Counted from the first letter of the stretch, positions 28,145 through 42,467 are shown. The stretch is 64,000 bases of DNA from Octopus vulgaris (GCA_951406725.2 OX597814.1:38378001-38442000), one strand, 5' to 3'. Notes: generated by a model from the letters alone, not told the origin. Translations and numbers: made by a program.

Positions 28145-30560
28145 GTGCAGCTCAGTTGCAGCTCAGAGCCGTTGCCAAGCTTGGGCACCACAGTTCTGCT
28201 ACACTGTTATTACTGAGAGCCTCGTCAAATATGTGGCATTTGATGAATATATGATCTTGATATCGTTACCTTCATTTGTACCCCTTGCCGTGAGGTAGGT
28301 TCGTCTGGGACTCTTCACAGAAAGAGGTCTTGTTTTGATTTGAAAACACCTACATCTACCTTCTGTATGTCCCTCAGGCTTTTTGGGAGCATATTATTAA
28401 AAAGCTGTGGGGCCACTGAAATCCAGGCTGTTGCAGTAAGTGGTCCTGGAAGGCAATGACATTGTTGGGAACTTTGGCACTGTGTAATGTCAAACCGTTC
28501 TGGCATTGTTGTAGCTTTCAAAGCCAAAATTTGACGCAATTCCTTCCAGGATCTTCCAGACGTATAGTACTGCATATCTGTGATTGCAATCCCCTGTGGA
28601 CCAGTGTACCTTGTAAGTTTTATTGGTAGCGCAGGGCTTCGAATTTTTCAGCATTCAACTGCATATTATTATCCTCAACATATCTGTAAATTGTGCTCAA
28701 CTCCTGCTGCAGGTGAGCAACATCGCCGGAGTTCTGTATTTTCTGCCAGACATTCCTATCGTCTGCGTAGCTAGCAAAGGTGGCTATACGGGCAGCTGAG
28801 GGCATATCTCAGAAGGCCACTATGAAAAGCAGTGGTCCAAAAACAGTTCCCCGTGGAACACCGCCTAATATTTATGTTTTCATTGAGGTGTCTCCATTGG
28901 CCATTACTGCCTCACTTCTATCTTTCAGAAGGTCATGTATTCTTGCTTTGCCGAGATCATGCAGTTTGTGGCATTTCATACCAAGATCCACTTTCTCAAA
29001 AGCTTTTGCAAGTGAACATATATTACGTCCACATTTGAGTTGTTGAGTCATCCTACTGTCAGAGCTGAGTCAGACAGTTCCTACCTGGACGAAAGCCATG
29101 CTTGTTATTACTCAGTAAGTTATTTTCTTCAAGGGATGCAATCGGTTTTCCTCTGATTATCAGTTCCATGTATTGCTGATGCGTGAGGTCAGAGAGATAG
29201 GCCTACAGTTTTGACATCTGTCCTGCTTCCTTTCTTATGGATTGGGCATATTATTCCCTCCTTCAGTTTGTTGGCAGCCTACCATTTACAAGAAAGCACT
29301 GGAAGGAATTTGTAGTGGTTTCGCCAGGGCAGGCTTACACGATTTGAGGAGGATAGCTGGAAACCATCAGGACCAGCAGTTGAGTTTGCATTCACCTCAT
29401 CTAAAGCTAGTAGTATATCTTCATCGCTAAAGTCGATGTATTCCATCGTAATTGCCTCGCTGGTTATAGGTGAGGCGGCAAAATAATCTTCTGGTTCTTT
29501 CAATTGTCTGTATTCCATCGGGGTTGTAAAGACACTTTTGACCTGGTCATTCAGTATCTCACTTATCCTGGTTTGACTATCTCTGAGTGAGTCATTCTTC
29601 TCAAAGATGGGTGCTATTGTGCAGCGTACTGAGGCTGTTTCTTTGGCATAATGAAATAAGGCATTTGGGTTTGACTTGTTTTTTTATTACCCATGTTTTT
29701 TGTCTGGTCTGTCGTTCACATAGGATTGTTGCAGGTTTTCTTCAATCTCCATCAGTGTTGATTTTAGATTGAACCTTTCACTACATTTGGAGTGTTGGTT
29801 GAACCGAATTGCAACCTTCATCCGTCGTCTCATGAAGATCTTTCTCGCCCTTGGAATCTTGTATCTTTTTATGTCGGCCTTGTCCTCTGAGATATATTTC
29901 TGGTATATGGTTTGCATAGCAGACATGAAATATTCTAATTCCATGCCAATGTCAGGTATGGAGAGACATTTTGGCCAGTCCTGTCTGAGGATCACTTTTT
30001 GGATCGATTTCCAGTCTGCTTTGAGGAAGATCAGATTGGAGAAATTTCAGGTCTTCTTTTAGGATACATAACTATGTTTGGTCCATACGAATACAGCTCT
30101 ATTATACTGTGATCCGTAAGTAATGTCGGCGTCACTTTTACATCATGAACTAAATCCGTATCGTTTGTAAAGCAGAGATAGAAAATGTTACTCTCCGTAG
30201 GTCTGAGGACAACCTGCTCCATGAATTCGGCATTACTGAGGTTGAGCAGGGACTCCAATTGTGACTGTTTGCAATGAGTCATTCCTGAGAGCATTTGAAA
30301 TCATCTGTAACAAATATACTAACGTGGTGTCCCACTTTCATTAGAATTCCTTTAATTCTTTTGAGGCAATCTTCAAACATGACTTTCTCGTTTGAAGCAT
30401 CAGGCGAGCGACATATATTGCATATGACTATATTTTGTTGTCTTCTGTATACAATTAGAGTATCATATACTGTATTTGATTATGAGAGTAAGACCTAGAA
30501 TGTGAGGCCTTCACGAATGTATACAGCAACTCCACTATGGTTCATTTCTATTCTGTATAA
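28145..30560 (-). mobile_element. Decayed CR1/L2-group LINE ORF2 (endonuclease plus RT), 5'-truncated
   Basis: Motifs SGVAVYIRE, LTDHSII, STAGPDG, NCRPISLTS, KHGFRPGRNCLTQL, GVPRGTVFGPLLF, SYADD (28758-28769) and NNMQLNAEK. Frameshifted; flanked by microsatellites. Confidence 0.85.
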
Positions 30561-30787
30561 ATATATATAGTATATATATATATATATATATAGACAAACA
30601 TACATTCATGTATACATTAATATATATGTACACTTATGTTCATATATATGCATGTATGAACGTATATATATATATATATGCCACGCAATGGTGATAGGAC
30701 TAGCACAGACTCACAAGCATATGAACACAGATATGTATGTCTGTCTATGCATGTATATATATATATTTATATAACGTGAAGCTTTAT

Positions 30788-30975
30788 GAAAATAGACAAA
30801 AGACGAAGGCAGGTGGGAAACAAACAAACAATTGTATTAGTATGGCGCTCAGGAAATATAAATAAAACAAGTCTTTAAAGTTTCGAGCCTACGCTCTTCA
30901 ACAGAAAGATACACAGAGAGAAAAAAACACAGAAAGAAGGAGAGAAAAATAAATGCGTGCAGTAACTAACGAATC
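30788..30975 (-). mobile_element. Short dispersed Penelope-terminal-like repeat, copy 2
   Basis: Minus strand ctgttgaagagcgtaggctcgaaact...cacctgccttcgtc matches the 12890 copy. Confidence 0.55.
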
Positions 30976-30979
30976 AACA

Positions 30980-31036
30980 TGATACATATATATATATATA
31001 TACATATATACGCATATGTATATATATACGGTTATT

Positions 31037-31111
<75 letters not shown>

Positions 31112-31363
31112 GCATATATATATATACGCATATACACATATATAGGTATGTATGTATATATATACATATATGTACGCATATATGCATATACATATATATG
31201 TATATATATATACATATATATACGCATATATACATATACATATATATGTATATATATATATATACGCATATATATATATATACATATATACACATATATA
31301 TATGTATATATATATATACATATATACGCATATATATATGTATATATATATACATATATACGC

Positions 31364-31417
<54 letters not shown>

Positions 31418-31498
31418 GCATATATACATATATATATGTATGTGTATATATATATATATATATTCGCATATATGTATATATATATATATATATTCGCA

Positions 31499-31538
<40 letters not shown>

Positions 31539-31579
31539 CATATATATATATTATATATATGCATATATGTATGTGTATG

Positions 31580-31620
<41 letters not shown>

Positions 31621-31640
31621 GCATATATACATATATCTAT
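30980..31640. repeat. ~660-bp interrupted (TA)n array
   Basis: TA run punctuated by recurring cgca, tgta and taca variants; source of all the YI-rich ORFs. Confidence 0.95.
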
Positions 31641-32264
31641 ATTCATATACCCATTAGGGCTAATAGGAGACAAAGAAATTTATAAATAATGGGAGCATGA
31701 ACTATATTGAACTGTGAGTAATAGTATTGAATTTTGAAAATTTGTGAGGGCTTTGCTTTTCAATTCATTTATGAGGATATTGCGTGTTGAAGCTGCTAAA
31801 AATTAACGGCATTCATTTATTTCTCGGAAACAAATGAAATAACATCGTTACACCATGAACTGGAATCGGAAGTCGGAATTACTACGGATTGTCGCCACTC
31901 GCACGAAAAAAGACAATCCAGAAAAAAACGGCTACTTATATGCAGTAGTGCAAATGAATAACATCAATATTTAGATATATATGCTTATACATACATCTTT
32001 TTCTCTTTAGTTGCTTGTTTGTATGTTTTATTTTTTCGTACTCTTAAGGTTTCAATGCTGTTCCGTTATATTTCATAACACTTATCATCTGCAATGTATT
32101 TGTTTTCACACCTATTACAACATAAAGAAAGTGCGTACTGAGTAATCTATATAATTCAAAATATGTATTTATGAATGCATACATTGTCATGGAAATATTA
32201 CAAGCCTATATACATTTGTAAATCTGTACATCTAAACAATCACTGAATTGTTTTTTTTTTTATA

Positions 32265-32460
32265 TTTCTCTAACTGTTTTATTTCCTCGTGTTTTTTTCT
32301 TCTAAAGAGGGTAGCCTCGAAGCGTAAAAAATATGTCTCACCTTCTCGAACGTTAAACTAATATACCTGTTTGTTATTTAGACACTTGTCTTCGATATTC
32401 TTTATGCTTTATGTCTCGTTTCTCAGTTTTTTTCGTTGTTCCAAAAAAGTTCATTTCTAT
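32265..32460 (+). mobile_element. Short dispersed Penelope-terminal-like repeat, copy 3 (diverged)
   Basis: ctaaagagggtagcctcgaagcgt...tcaccttctcgaacgttaaactaata...tttagacacttgtcttcg aligns with 12940-13035. Confidence 0.5.
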
Positions 32461-32689
32461 GTTTTTTGTTTTTATGTTTTCGTTTCTCATTGTGTTCAAC
32501 GTTTTTTGATGTCCTGTGCCCATATATGCATGTATATATATATACATATATATGTAGGTATGTACATACATTTGTGTACATATATGGCTATATTTATATA
32601 TTATTTATATTATTATATGATCGAACGCCACGCTTCCTTTTCCAAGTATATATATGAGTGTCTGTGTACCTTCACACACAGATCCTTTG

Positions 32690-33800
32690 TCTTTTATATT
32701 TTACTAGTTTCAGCTGCATATTCATTACATGAAGCCTCCTGTCCTATAGGACTTTTGGTTAATGAAAGAGTATGTTTTCCTCGTTTGTTGCCACGAGATA
32801 TTTCTCCCCGGAACCCTGTACGGGAGGAGTTACAAGTTTGTTTCAAGATACCTATATCCACCCCGTGTTTGTCTCTCATACTTTTTCAAGGATATTGAAT
32901 AGCTGTGGCCCTTTGAATCACAACCATTGCAGTATCTATTCCTGTGTTTATCATAATAGCTATACTTAGTTTCTGACAGTGACGCATCGTTGAGACACCG
33001 GCATAATTTCCAGAATAATGTCACTGCATAACATTCCCGTCTTCGTTGTAGAGAGCAGAGTTTTAAAATCTATTTATACTGATTTTAGCTACCATTTTTC
33101 ACTGAGTCGGTCTTCTTTGTGTCGCTCGCTGCATTGCTTCGCGTTCCTCTTTTTATACTGTCTGATAACTATAATTTGGTGTAGTGGTCTACGCGGCTGA
33201 GGGCATATGTCCTCCTGAAACTTTCATAGCTCTTAAATTCTGAAATTTCTCAGGATCCATTCGGCCTACCACCTGAATTCTATTACCAATTTAGGAATAT
33301 GCAACTGGAAATGATGCATCATTATTCATGCCACTGCCCATTGTGCGCGCTGATTTTAATTTAGAGACTGGAATCCTTTCAGGGCTATGGTACATCCTCT
33401 GCATTTTGTTCAGCGTCGGGATTGCAATTTTCTGTGTTGTTCCAGTTTGTATAAAACATCCAGTTTTGCGAAACAGTCTTCAAAGTTGCCGGCTGGATTT
33501 GGCGTATCGAGTGGAATATATGTTGCATATTCAAAAACATTAATTTGCTTTATTTGTAGATTTTGAATGTCATATACAGCGACGTCTAACAAGAAAGCAA
33601 TTACTGTTTCGTTGTTGAGATACACGAGACCTCCGATTATCAATAGAAATATTTTTGTAACACCGTCACTGGTGCTTGTAGTCGCCATCCTGTATATGTC
33701 GACTGTGGTGGCTACTTGTGGTGTTCAGTGTCGTTTCAAATCTCTGCTTGATGACACAAGTTCAGCTACTGCACAGATTTGTGTGTCATATACATAAATA
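32690..33800 (-). mobile_element. Possible very old LINE 5' region (gag-like ORF1 zinc knuckles and endonuclease start)
   Basis: Higher-complexity sequence with remnants resembling three CCHC knuckles (~33200-33420), then ILFWN-like and VDIGILKQT segments. Needs frameshifts to read. Confidence 0.3.
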
Positions 33801-34207
33801 AAAAGATATCAACTATGTGTCATTATCCGGGCACAAGAACTATTGCTAGAGAGGGTCTAAGCTTGCACACAGCAGAATGAGTCCCATATAGACATAAGAT
33901 ACTATCAAGCCAAAGAAGATGATACACTTCTCTAAACACGAAGCACAACATCTAAACTATATATTCTTTTAATAAACTTCAGAGCTTGGAACACATCATC
34001 CAGAGCTGCTCTAAAATGTCTATCAACTATTCACGTGCATTTCAATATGTTGCATTTGATCTGCCCTTTTGATGTTACGGATAACTCTGACAGGGAAATA
34101 GCAATACATAAATTGAGGCAAGACGAAAATGCATAAGACGCATATTACTCTGTATATAGCATATCAAAATTTTGTCAAACATTATCGCTGAATCCTATGC
34201 GCATGTA

Positions 34208-35431
34208 TTGGGCCATGCCATAAACAATGCGGATTTCTACACTTTTACTTTTCAGTATTAAGATAAACAAATTTCATTTTAATCAAAAATAGAGACTCCT
34301 TCATTTTCAATAATGTTTTTCCGTCTATCAGGTAGACATGCAAAGCCCTTCTTCCAAAATTCACTTTCCGTAACGAAAATTACTCCTGCAGTAATGTTCT
34401 GTCTAAATGATTTTGAAGACTGCAGAATAAATGATACATGATAGATGTGGGTGGGGTATCGTTTCCCATTCAAACTTCTCCACCCTTTGGAATGCCATCC
34501 CCGCTGTATGTAGCTGAACATTATACTGATGGAAGAACACCTTTTGGTTTGAAACAAAAAAATGGTTGTTTCTCTTCTAGTGCTGACTTACGCTGCGCAA
34601 ACTGCTCGCAGCAGATCTCATATGATATTGTTTGGTTTGGGTTTAAAAGTTCAAAGGGAACTAAACATTTCGTATGTCACTAAAAGATAACAACATCTTA
34701 CGTGTATAAAAAGCTTATTCAGCCTGGCAAGTCGGTGTTTCTCGTTTCCTTACCCGCTGTCTTGGGTGCTTCACATTTTTATAGAGAGCCCATTTCTCCT
34801 CACCAGTCATTATTCGGTCCCCCAAATAGGTTCATTTGGGAGACGGGGCAGCAAAGTAGAGCACACATTCACTCTCTGCGCGTGGTTACACTCGTAAAGT
34901 TTGTGAGGAGACCATTGACCCAATTTGCTGAATTTTCCGATGGATCGCAGGTGTCGATGAATGACCAAATAAAGCTTCTCCGCTAGTTCGTCAACTGTTA
35001 CGTGAGATTTTCTTCCACTACGGCTCGCAGGACATCCTCGTCGAGCTTTAGAAAACTTCCAGTATGAGGCTCGTCTTCGAAGATGTATTTTGTAGGTCGC
35101 AATTTCTGGAAACACCGTTGACACAGGCTTACGCTTATTGCCCGATCCACATATATTGCTTTTATATTCCTCAGACTTTCAGTTGTGTTGTTGCCTTTAT
35201 AGAATTCATGAAGGAAAACCCGTTGAATATGCTCCTTTCTGATTTGCATTATAGCTTAGAAAAATTAACTGTTAAAATCAAGCTGCACTCTTCAAAACTT
35301 GCACTACGAATGAGGACAAGGTGAGATTGCTACCTAATTTTATAGCAAGTTGATACGATAGTTTATCCTGTCTACCGTTGTGTTTTAGTTCGTGCAAATG
35401 AACAAATCGCATCATTTATGGGATGACCAAA
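34208..35431 (-). mobile_element. Full-length decayed mariner element
   Basis: Imperfect TIRs ttgggccatgccataaacaatgcggattt / tttggtcatcccataaatgatgcgattt. HTH ORF 34998-35249, then QWSPHKL, TGEEKW, FFHQYNVQLH, EWETIPHP and FWKKGFACLPDR. Confidence 0.9.
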
Positions 35432-35807
35432 TTTTAATTATATATACAACTTTGTGTCGGTGTGTGTCTTTATGCGTGTGCGCACGTTTAGGCACACACG
35501 CACATATATTGTTGTAATTCGTGGACGAAAGACTAGTCACAGTCGTGTGACAAAAGGTTTCCGGTCAGTGGACATGATTTACTATATGAACAGTATTAAT
35601 CGAGTGCAGAACGTATATATAGTACGCGTGTTTATTTGCCATCCCTCCACAAAAAAATTACCATCCCAAAATATAACAATATCTCTTTCTACACATGGTT
35701 TCATATCAGGACTCTTGCAACACAGATATATAAATTCATAAACGTATACATAAACACATACATACATGCATGCATACATACATTCATACATACATACATA
35801 TATGTAT

Positions 35808-36450
35808 ACGGAAGCGAGGGCGGGAGCAAGGGAACGAGCCGAGTTGGGAGGTTGGATTAGGGAAGATATGCGAAATGGATGTTCGGACTGGAGTCCCCGG
35901 GAGGCTCGGAGAATGGTGCGTTTCAAAGGCAGGGTGGTGAAGTTGTAGGTGAGAGGAACCGGGAGACAGGTGACGGTGAGATAGGTGTAGGGAGAGATAG
36001 AGCAGATTTACAGTCCACGGAACGTGCTCTGGCAAGGGCGATGTGGATGGTGGTGGTGGTTAGGGCGTATCAACGTAGGCAGAAGTGGTAAGCCATGACT
36101 TGAGACTGAGTCTCAAAGTCATGGTCGTCACTACAGACTCTGCGTAGATGGAGGAATTGAGAATAGGGGATGGAGAGCTTGGTGTTTTTAGGAGGGTGGA
36201 GGAGAAGTTGCGGTATGTGTGTGAGTCTGTGTGTTTGTAGTGGATGGAGGTGGTGAGAGTGGAGTAAGGAATGCTGACCGAAATGTCGAGAAAGGCGACT
36301 GAGGTGTCGGAAATAGTGCAGGAGAAGTTGAGAGCGGGATGGAAAGATTTGAGAAAAGAGAGGAAGTGTATAGATGTTCGCGGGAGAGTGAGGTCGCACC
36401 GATATAGTCGTCAGTATAACGACCGTATAATTCAGCCGTAAAAGGCTTGT
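35808..36450 (-). mobile_element. Penelope-like element RT C-terminal fragment
   Basis: LYGRYTDDYIG (~36398-36437) and HPPKNTKLSIPYSQFLHLRRVCSDDHDF, typical of the PLE RT thumb region. Confidence 0.8.
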
Positions 36451-36718
36451 GACTTTCTCAAAATGTTTCTATCCGATATTCACGTGCTTTCACAGGATCA
36501 TACACTATATATTAGGTCTCCTGTATATATATCCTTCTACAGTTCGGGTATATATTTATACCGTACAAATCATTGAAAACTAGTATATTAAATGTATTCA
36601 CTATTGTTCATTTATCGGGTGTAAAAATATTTCATATTTGAAAATTCTACCCCATCCAATAATTTTCCTATATATATTTTTCTCCTCGATTCCAATAATT
36701 TATATATAATTCAAGAAG

Positions 36719-36792
36719 ATTTTCAGGAAATTATTATAATGTCAACACTCCGAATTTTCAGGAAATTATTATAAAGCAATATTCCGAATTTT
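36719..36792. repeat. ~35-bp tandem duplication
   Basis: attttcaggaaattattataa...tccga occurs twice. Confidence 0.8.
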
Positions 36793-38038
36793 CTTTTTTA
36801 TTGTGACACTTCATCACTTTCTCTACACTGGAAACTGAATACCTTGAAAATATCATAACCAAGCACTCTAATTTCTTTATTGAATTCAATATTTTTCGTT
36901 CACATTTTCATCGAGGTTATCTCAGTGAAATGTTTAATGTAGGATAACAATTAACAAAAAATATGATGGATCGTCCTTGTCCCAAGCCTCATATTATTGA
37001 GTTTTTCTATACATTTTACGGATGTCAAGCAATAAATATTTATTGTCTCTTTTTAACGATTTTTCAACCACAGCGAATAGCTAAACATTATATAATCTTT
37101 TAATGGAAGAAAAAGGAATTAACTTTCGATCCCATGTATTGAGTCAGGTATTATTATAATACGTACCATTGTAGTGTTACCCTTCTCGGCATAAAAATTT
37201 GTATTAAAAGAATTTCTGGTTTCACACCTTTCTTGAAGTTAAAACCCATTACTGGTTAAGAGAAACCAACATGATGTGGCATTTTAATATGATGGTTATT
37301 TATCTTTTATATCAAACTGCACAATATAAGAAATAAGTATATAAGGATATTGCATCTGATATGCAATATTCTACTGTAACATCTAAAGAATTTCTGAAGG
37401 CACAAAATTCTCTGCAACACACGTTCGTAATTCACTTACAATTTTTCCATAAAACTAAGTTTACATTATCTACGTCAATTTCCTGTTTTGAACATACATA
37501 CATATAACAGGTAATGAAAGAACCGTTTTTCTCCATGTAGATCCTGGGCTACAAAAGTGCTTTAGTTAGAGCATTATGAATGGTAAGCACAAAGAGTATT
37601 TTCACAGGAAATTTACACTTTTCTTTTTCCTCATAATATCCTTTTGTTCCCAATCATACTTTGTTATAGATTTCACGTTGCTCAACTCTGACTTTTCCTC
37701 TGAAAGACGTAACGTAAAAAAGCATCTCTCCCTTTATCCTTTTATCAGAATTATTTTAAAAAATAAATAATTTCTAAATGGCAAAAGAAAGAGAAATCTA
37801 CAAAATGTCATAAACAGGGCTCTGTCATAATGCAAAGATTTGGACAGATTGACAAAAAATGGGTGATGTAAAATATTCCGTTACTTCTCACTTCATCCAC
37901 GATGTTGTTAATTATGTAAGATCAACGAAAACAATATATAGAAATACGTCACAATACATATGGTTGTATATTGCACACATACACACACATTGACACACAT
38001 CTATACACTTACATGTAAGTATGTATATGGGTGGATAC

Positions 38039-38075
<37 letters not shown>

Positions 38076-38119
38076 GTATAACATACATATATATATACAT
38101 ATATATATGTATATATACA

Positions 38120-38182
<63 letters not shown>

Positions 38183-38384
38183 TACAAACGTGCATACATT
38201 CATATGTTGGTTGCTCCATCTCAAAAAGTTATCGTTCTCATTGTAGACGGCATTTCTGATTTTCAAACCACGACCTTTCAGATAACTGTTTAGTCATACT
38301 GCAGATCTGTATAGTTCGAAACATGGTTGTTAAATAAGTAATCTGCTACTTTCACTGAATTGATCTGAGTAGTTTCATGGATAA

Positions 38385-38432
<48 letters not shown>

Positions 38433-38434
<2 letters not shown>

Positions 38435-38590
38435 GCACAGACGTTGCTGTGTGGAAAAAAGCTTGCTTCCGAACCAAATGGTTTCTGAATGAGTCCCAGT
38501 GCGTAGCACCTTCGGCAAGCGTCTTCTACTATAGCCTCGGTTGGACCGAAGCCGTGTGAGTGGATTTGGTAGAGAATCACTGGGAAATAG

Positions 38591-38625
<35 letters not shown>

Positions 38626-38705
38626 GTTTGTGCGTCTGTTTTCCCCTCACCCCTCACCATCGATTGACAAACGAAAGTGGTGTGTTTGGGTCACCATAAA
38701 TTAGC
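38433..38705 (+). mobile_element. SINE family A, diverged, with internal (TA)n and partial 3' half
   Basis: ggcaagcgtcttctactatagcctcgg..gaccgaagccgtgtgagtggatttggtaga, then (TA)n, then catcgattgacaa..ggtgtgttt. Confidence 0.8.
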
Positions 38706-38779
38706 TAAAACTATCAGTTTTTTATAAGTCTGACAGCTGAGTCTAGAACCTCAGTGATTCTTAATAATGATGGTAGAAT

Positions 38780-39560
38780 TCGCCCATCCCAAATTGCGGC
38801 CTATTTGATGTATACAGAAGTTTAGACGAGTCTCCGTCATCAGGTAGAGAGCATCTTTAATTTCTGATCATATTCCAGAGAAGTTCAAAGATGGAATGAT
38901 TATATATGGAGAGCTAACCAAAATGCAGCCGTATGGACGCATTTAACATATCATTAGATGGGCCTCCGTCATCTGTCATCTTCATGAACAACTTACTCCC
39001 CACTCATCTTCTCGCATACCTTTCTACCTACTGTAGAGTTCCAACCCTTCTGTCTTCTGTCTTACCTTTCTACATACCGTTTTAAACTCCCTTTTCCACT
39101 GGTGTAGACACCTTACAACCCTCAAATAAATATCATTCCTTTTCTCACCATCTCAACGAGAAAATCTTAGCTTTCATCCCCACACTTTAACAAAATCATC
39201 ACAGTAAACAACAACTTAATATTATCTACCCTAACCACCTATTCACCTCCCTACTACTTATTTCTACTACTGCTCCCTTACTAGCCTCAATATTAATGTT
39301 TTTGAACTATACTTTTTCATCACATCATTCACTGTCTTAATACCCTCCATTTTTCCTCTAACACACTTAGTTCTCCCCATTTAATCATTCCACCAGTGAA
39401 CTTTTCTGCATGAATATCTGAAATGTAAAATATTTTCAACCCTGATGACAGAGGTTCGTCTCATCCTATGTAAAATAGATCGATGAGGCAGTAGTTTATG
39501 ATGTACTAAAACATTATCATGAATTACTGAGCCCCAAGAAACACCTGGTGGACTTAGAAT
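38780..39560 (+). mobile_element. Possible degenerate Penelope 3' region
   Basis: Weak YIGET-like remnant (~38900-38950), long pyrimidine-rich tract and broken ctgatga/gaaac motifs near 39441-39550. Confidence 0.25.
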
Positions 39561-39708
39561 GAAAAACTTTGGAATCCTTTCTGTAAGCCACCTCATTCGG
39601 TATTCTAAAAATGCACAAAATCGATGATTCAAAAACCTGACCAATATTGTATTTATCTAAATGAAAGGAAGAAAGGATAGTTGATTACTTTGGAATATGC
39701 TTTTAGAA

Positions 39709-39772
39709 TGCGGCGTGCAGGATCGAACACCACTAGGTTCTTTAACCAATGCCCTCAATGCTTAGCTAATTT
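39709..39772 (-). pseudogene. tRNA-like relic or SINE head
   Basis: Minus strand has tagctaag (A-box-like) and gttcgatcc (B-box); no complete cloverleaf. Confidence 0.3.
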
Positions 39773-40599
39773 ATATCAATCTTTAATAACTCAAGATTTG
39801 CATATACGTGTGGTATGAAAACTACTGAGTAAAAAAATATATCAATTAGTGTAATTTATATGGACAATTTAAAAAAAAATAACTCTCTGAAAACATACCC
39901 AATTGCGTAATATTTATCGGTGCAAATCCATAATACCATGTAACAACTGATTAACAAAATTATTTATGATAAGTGCTTGGTCATCATGCAATTTCAAAAT
40001 TCAAATAAGACTGCTTTTTTTTTAAGGTTTAATAGAAGTAGATATAAGAGGCAGTACCTTGGCTGGATAATATTATACAAATCTCTTTCTTACTTAATTA
40101 TAAAGCCAAAACTCACTGAAGTGGCTTTATATTATATGCCATATTATTTAGATGGGATATAGTGAAGACATTCATTGAAGTAGTTATACGCAATTATGCC
40201 CCATTCTATTATTTATCTTATTATAAATTGTCATTAATCATAGTATGGTTCGCAACACATTTTTATAGCGTTTTAAAGCATTGCAGCAATCATTAAATGG
40301 GTGTTATTACTGAAATCAATCTCCATCTATATTACAATTTGTTAATTGAGTTGAACAGTTTATATCAAACATACACAATTATTTAGAATTACGTAAAATA
40401 TTCTCTAACTCAGAGACAGTGGCTGTGCTATAAATTAGCAAATGGCTTAGATTAGTATAGCACGAATTTTTTCCGACATGTTAAGGGAAAAGTGTTACAC
40501 TTCTTATTAAGACAGTGTGTAACATTTCATTTTCAAATAAAGTGACTTTACCCAGTAAAAAATATATATATATATATTCAAAATATGTTGTTCATTTTG

Positions 40600-40902
40600 A
40601 CGACGGAAATGAAAATGATTATTATGGCGACGACGACGACGACGACGATGATGATGATGATGATAACGAAGACGGCGATGATGACGATGCGACGCTGACA
40701 TTAAAAACGATAACAATTCCGATGATGATTATGAAGAGGTGGAGGAGCTAGAGAAGGATGAAGAGAGATGAAGACACTGACTTCAAATATGGTAATGATG
40801 GCAATGTTGATGATTATGACGATGATGGAAATGATGATGATGGCAACCATCATCCTCGTCGTCGTCGTCATCTTCTTCATCATCATCATAATTATCATGA
40901 TA
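40600..40902. repeat. Degenerate (GAT/GAC)n and (CAT/CGT)n trinucleotide repeats
   Basis: Directly visible; source of the poly-D and poly-H ORFs. Confidence 0.85.
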
Positions 40903-41589
40903 AGAAGGGAAAAGAATTGAAAATGGTGTTATTGCTTTGAGGGAAACATCGCAGGAATGATTAAAGTTGGAGCGGTTAGAATGGGATTTTATTTTCCCAA
41001 CAAAGATGATATGAAGTTTATTCAATTTCTTAAATTAGAAACGCAAAATTTCTTTAGATTTAATTAAATTAGTAAAATAAGAAAACAATATTTCATCAAT
41101 CATCATTTCCCAGGAGATGTTCGTTTTTGTGTAACATTTTTCTTCCTTCATTTCTTTCTATTTTCCAAATTTGATAGACATATATGGTTCGCACAGCAAG
41201 TCTTAATCATGCAGCATCCGCGAACAACAGTGGAAATATTTAATTATTAACAAACTTAGAAGTTTCATGCTGTTCGATGTTAAAATGGTTGAGTTGACAG
41301 CTATCAGACAAGCATGCAAATTTCAGGGACATTTTTTTTACACAATAACATAACCGTGTAATACTTCTGATTTTATAACATACTGAGTTATAAATATATT
41401 AATTAATTGGTGGCGATGTTGGGACGCAAATTAAAATGAAAATACTACTGAGAAATTTATAAATGTTAGTGACAGAGTGATCTCCATATTGCTTGAAATG
41501 AATAATTTAAGGAATTGGCGCACTGGAAGATTATGAAGCAGGCCTTGGGATGTATAACCTCCTATTTTCTATATACACCAATATCTGGT

Positions 41590-41902
41590 AATCGAAAAAA
41601 CCGGGCGTTGTGAGTGTTTATTGAGCGAAAACACCTAAAGCTCCACGAGGCTCCGGCAGGGGATGGTGGTGATCCCTGCTGTACTCTTTCACCACAACTT
41701 TCTCTCACTCTTGCTTCCTGTTTCTGTTGTACCTGTATTTCAAAGGGCCGGCCTTGTCACTCTCTGTGTCACGCTGAATATCCCCGAGAACTACGTTAAG
41801 GGTGCACGTGTCTGTGGAGTGCTCAGCCACTTACACGCTAATTTCACGGCTGTTCCGTTGATTCGGAACCCTCATCGTCGTAATCGACGGAGTGCTTCCA
41901 TT
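41590..41902 (+). mobile_element. SINE family B, 5'-truncated
   Basis: Starts at accgggcgttgtgag after ~10 extra nt. Perfect 12-bp TSD ccaatatctggt at 41578-41589 and 41903-41914. Confidence 0.9.
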
Positions 41903-42467
41903 CCAATATCTGGTGCATTAGATCAATTGTCATAGATACATTAGACACAACTATTTTGAACTATTTTTATTGACATGTGATTGCGCATGTCTTAGGAATT
42001 GAAGTGTTCGCTATCTTATTTAATAGCAGTAGATTCATTTCATGGGTTTTCTTACTCATGTGATATAGTATGCGATGTATCTTTACATATACGTATGACA
42101 GATCTAAAACCAGAAGACGTCACAGTAAATAATTGCATATTACAATTTCAAATATTAGTATTAATATTGCAGTGCGATCGCTGACGTTATCCCATGGAAC
42201 CGTTATCTATACTATAATTTTAAACTGTATAATCTCCTATAATCTTTGTGTGCGTTAATTTCTACTCTATGTAGATTCCTTTAGTTTGTAAGCAGACTAA
42301 CGTGTATAATTTGTCTTTCTTAACTCGGATTACTCAATGCGTTTTCCTAGAAAGTGATAGACAGAGAATTTCATAATTGTCTACTGGGTAGCATAAACAA
42401 GAGCTTATATATCCTTCCGTATTTATATATGATTACGATTATCAGATATATTTTATCTCTTCATATA

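Noticed and set aside
30974-31689. ORFs of 170-236 aa rich in Y and I
   Set aside because: Translations of a (TA)n array, open in all six frames; not genes.
32371-32898. 175-aa ORF
   Set aside because: Runs across a dispersed repeat, a microsatellite and the antisense strand of a probable transposon relic.
34400-34700. Apparent insertion inside the mariner
   Set aside because: Translates to degenerate mariner catalytic region (FFHQYNVQLH, EWETIPHP), so it is part of the element.
40507-41025. Asp-rich and His-rich ORFs
   Set aside because: Degenerate trinucleotide repeats with no splice or domain support.
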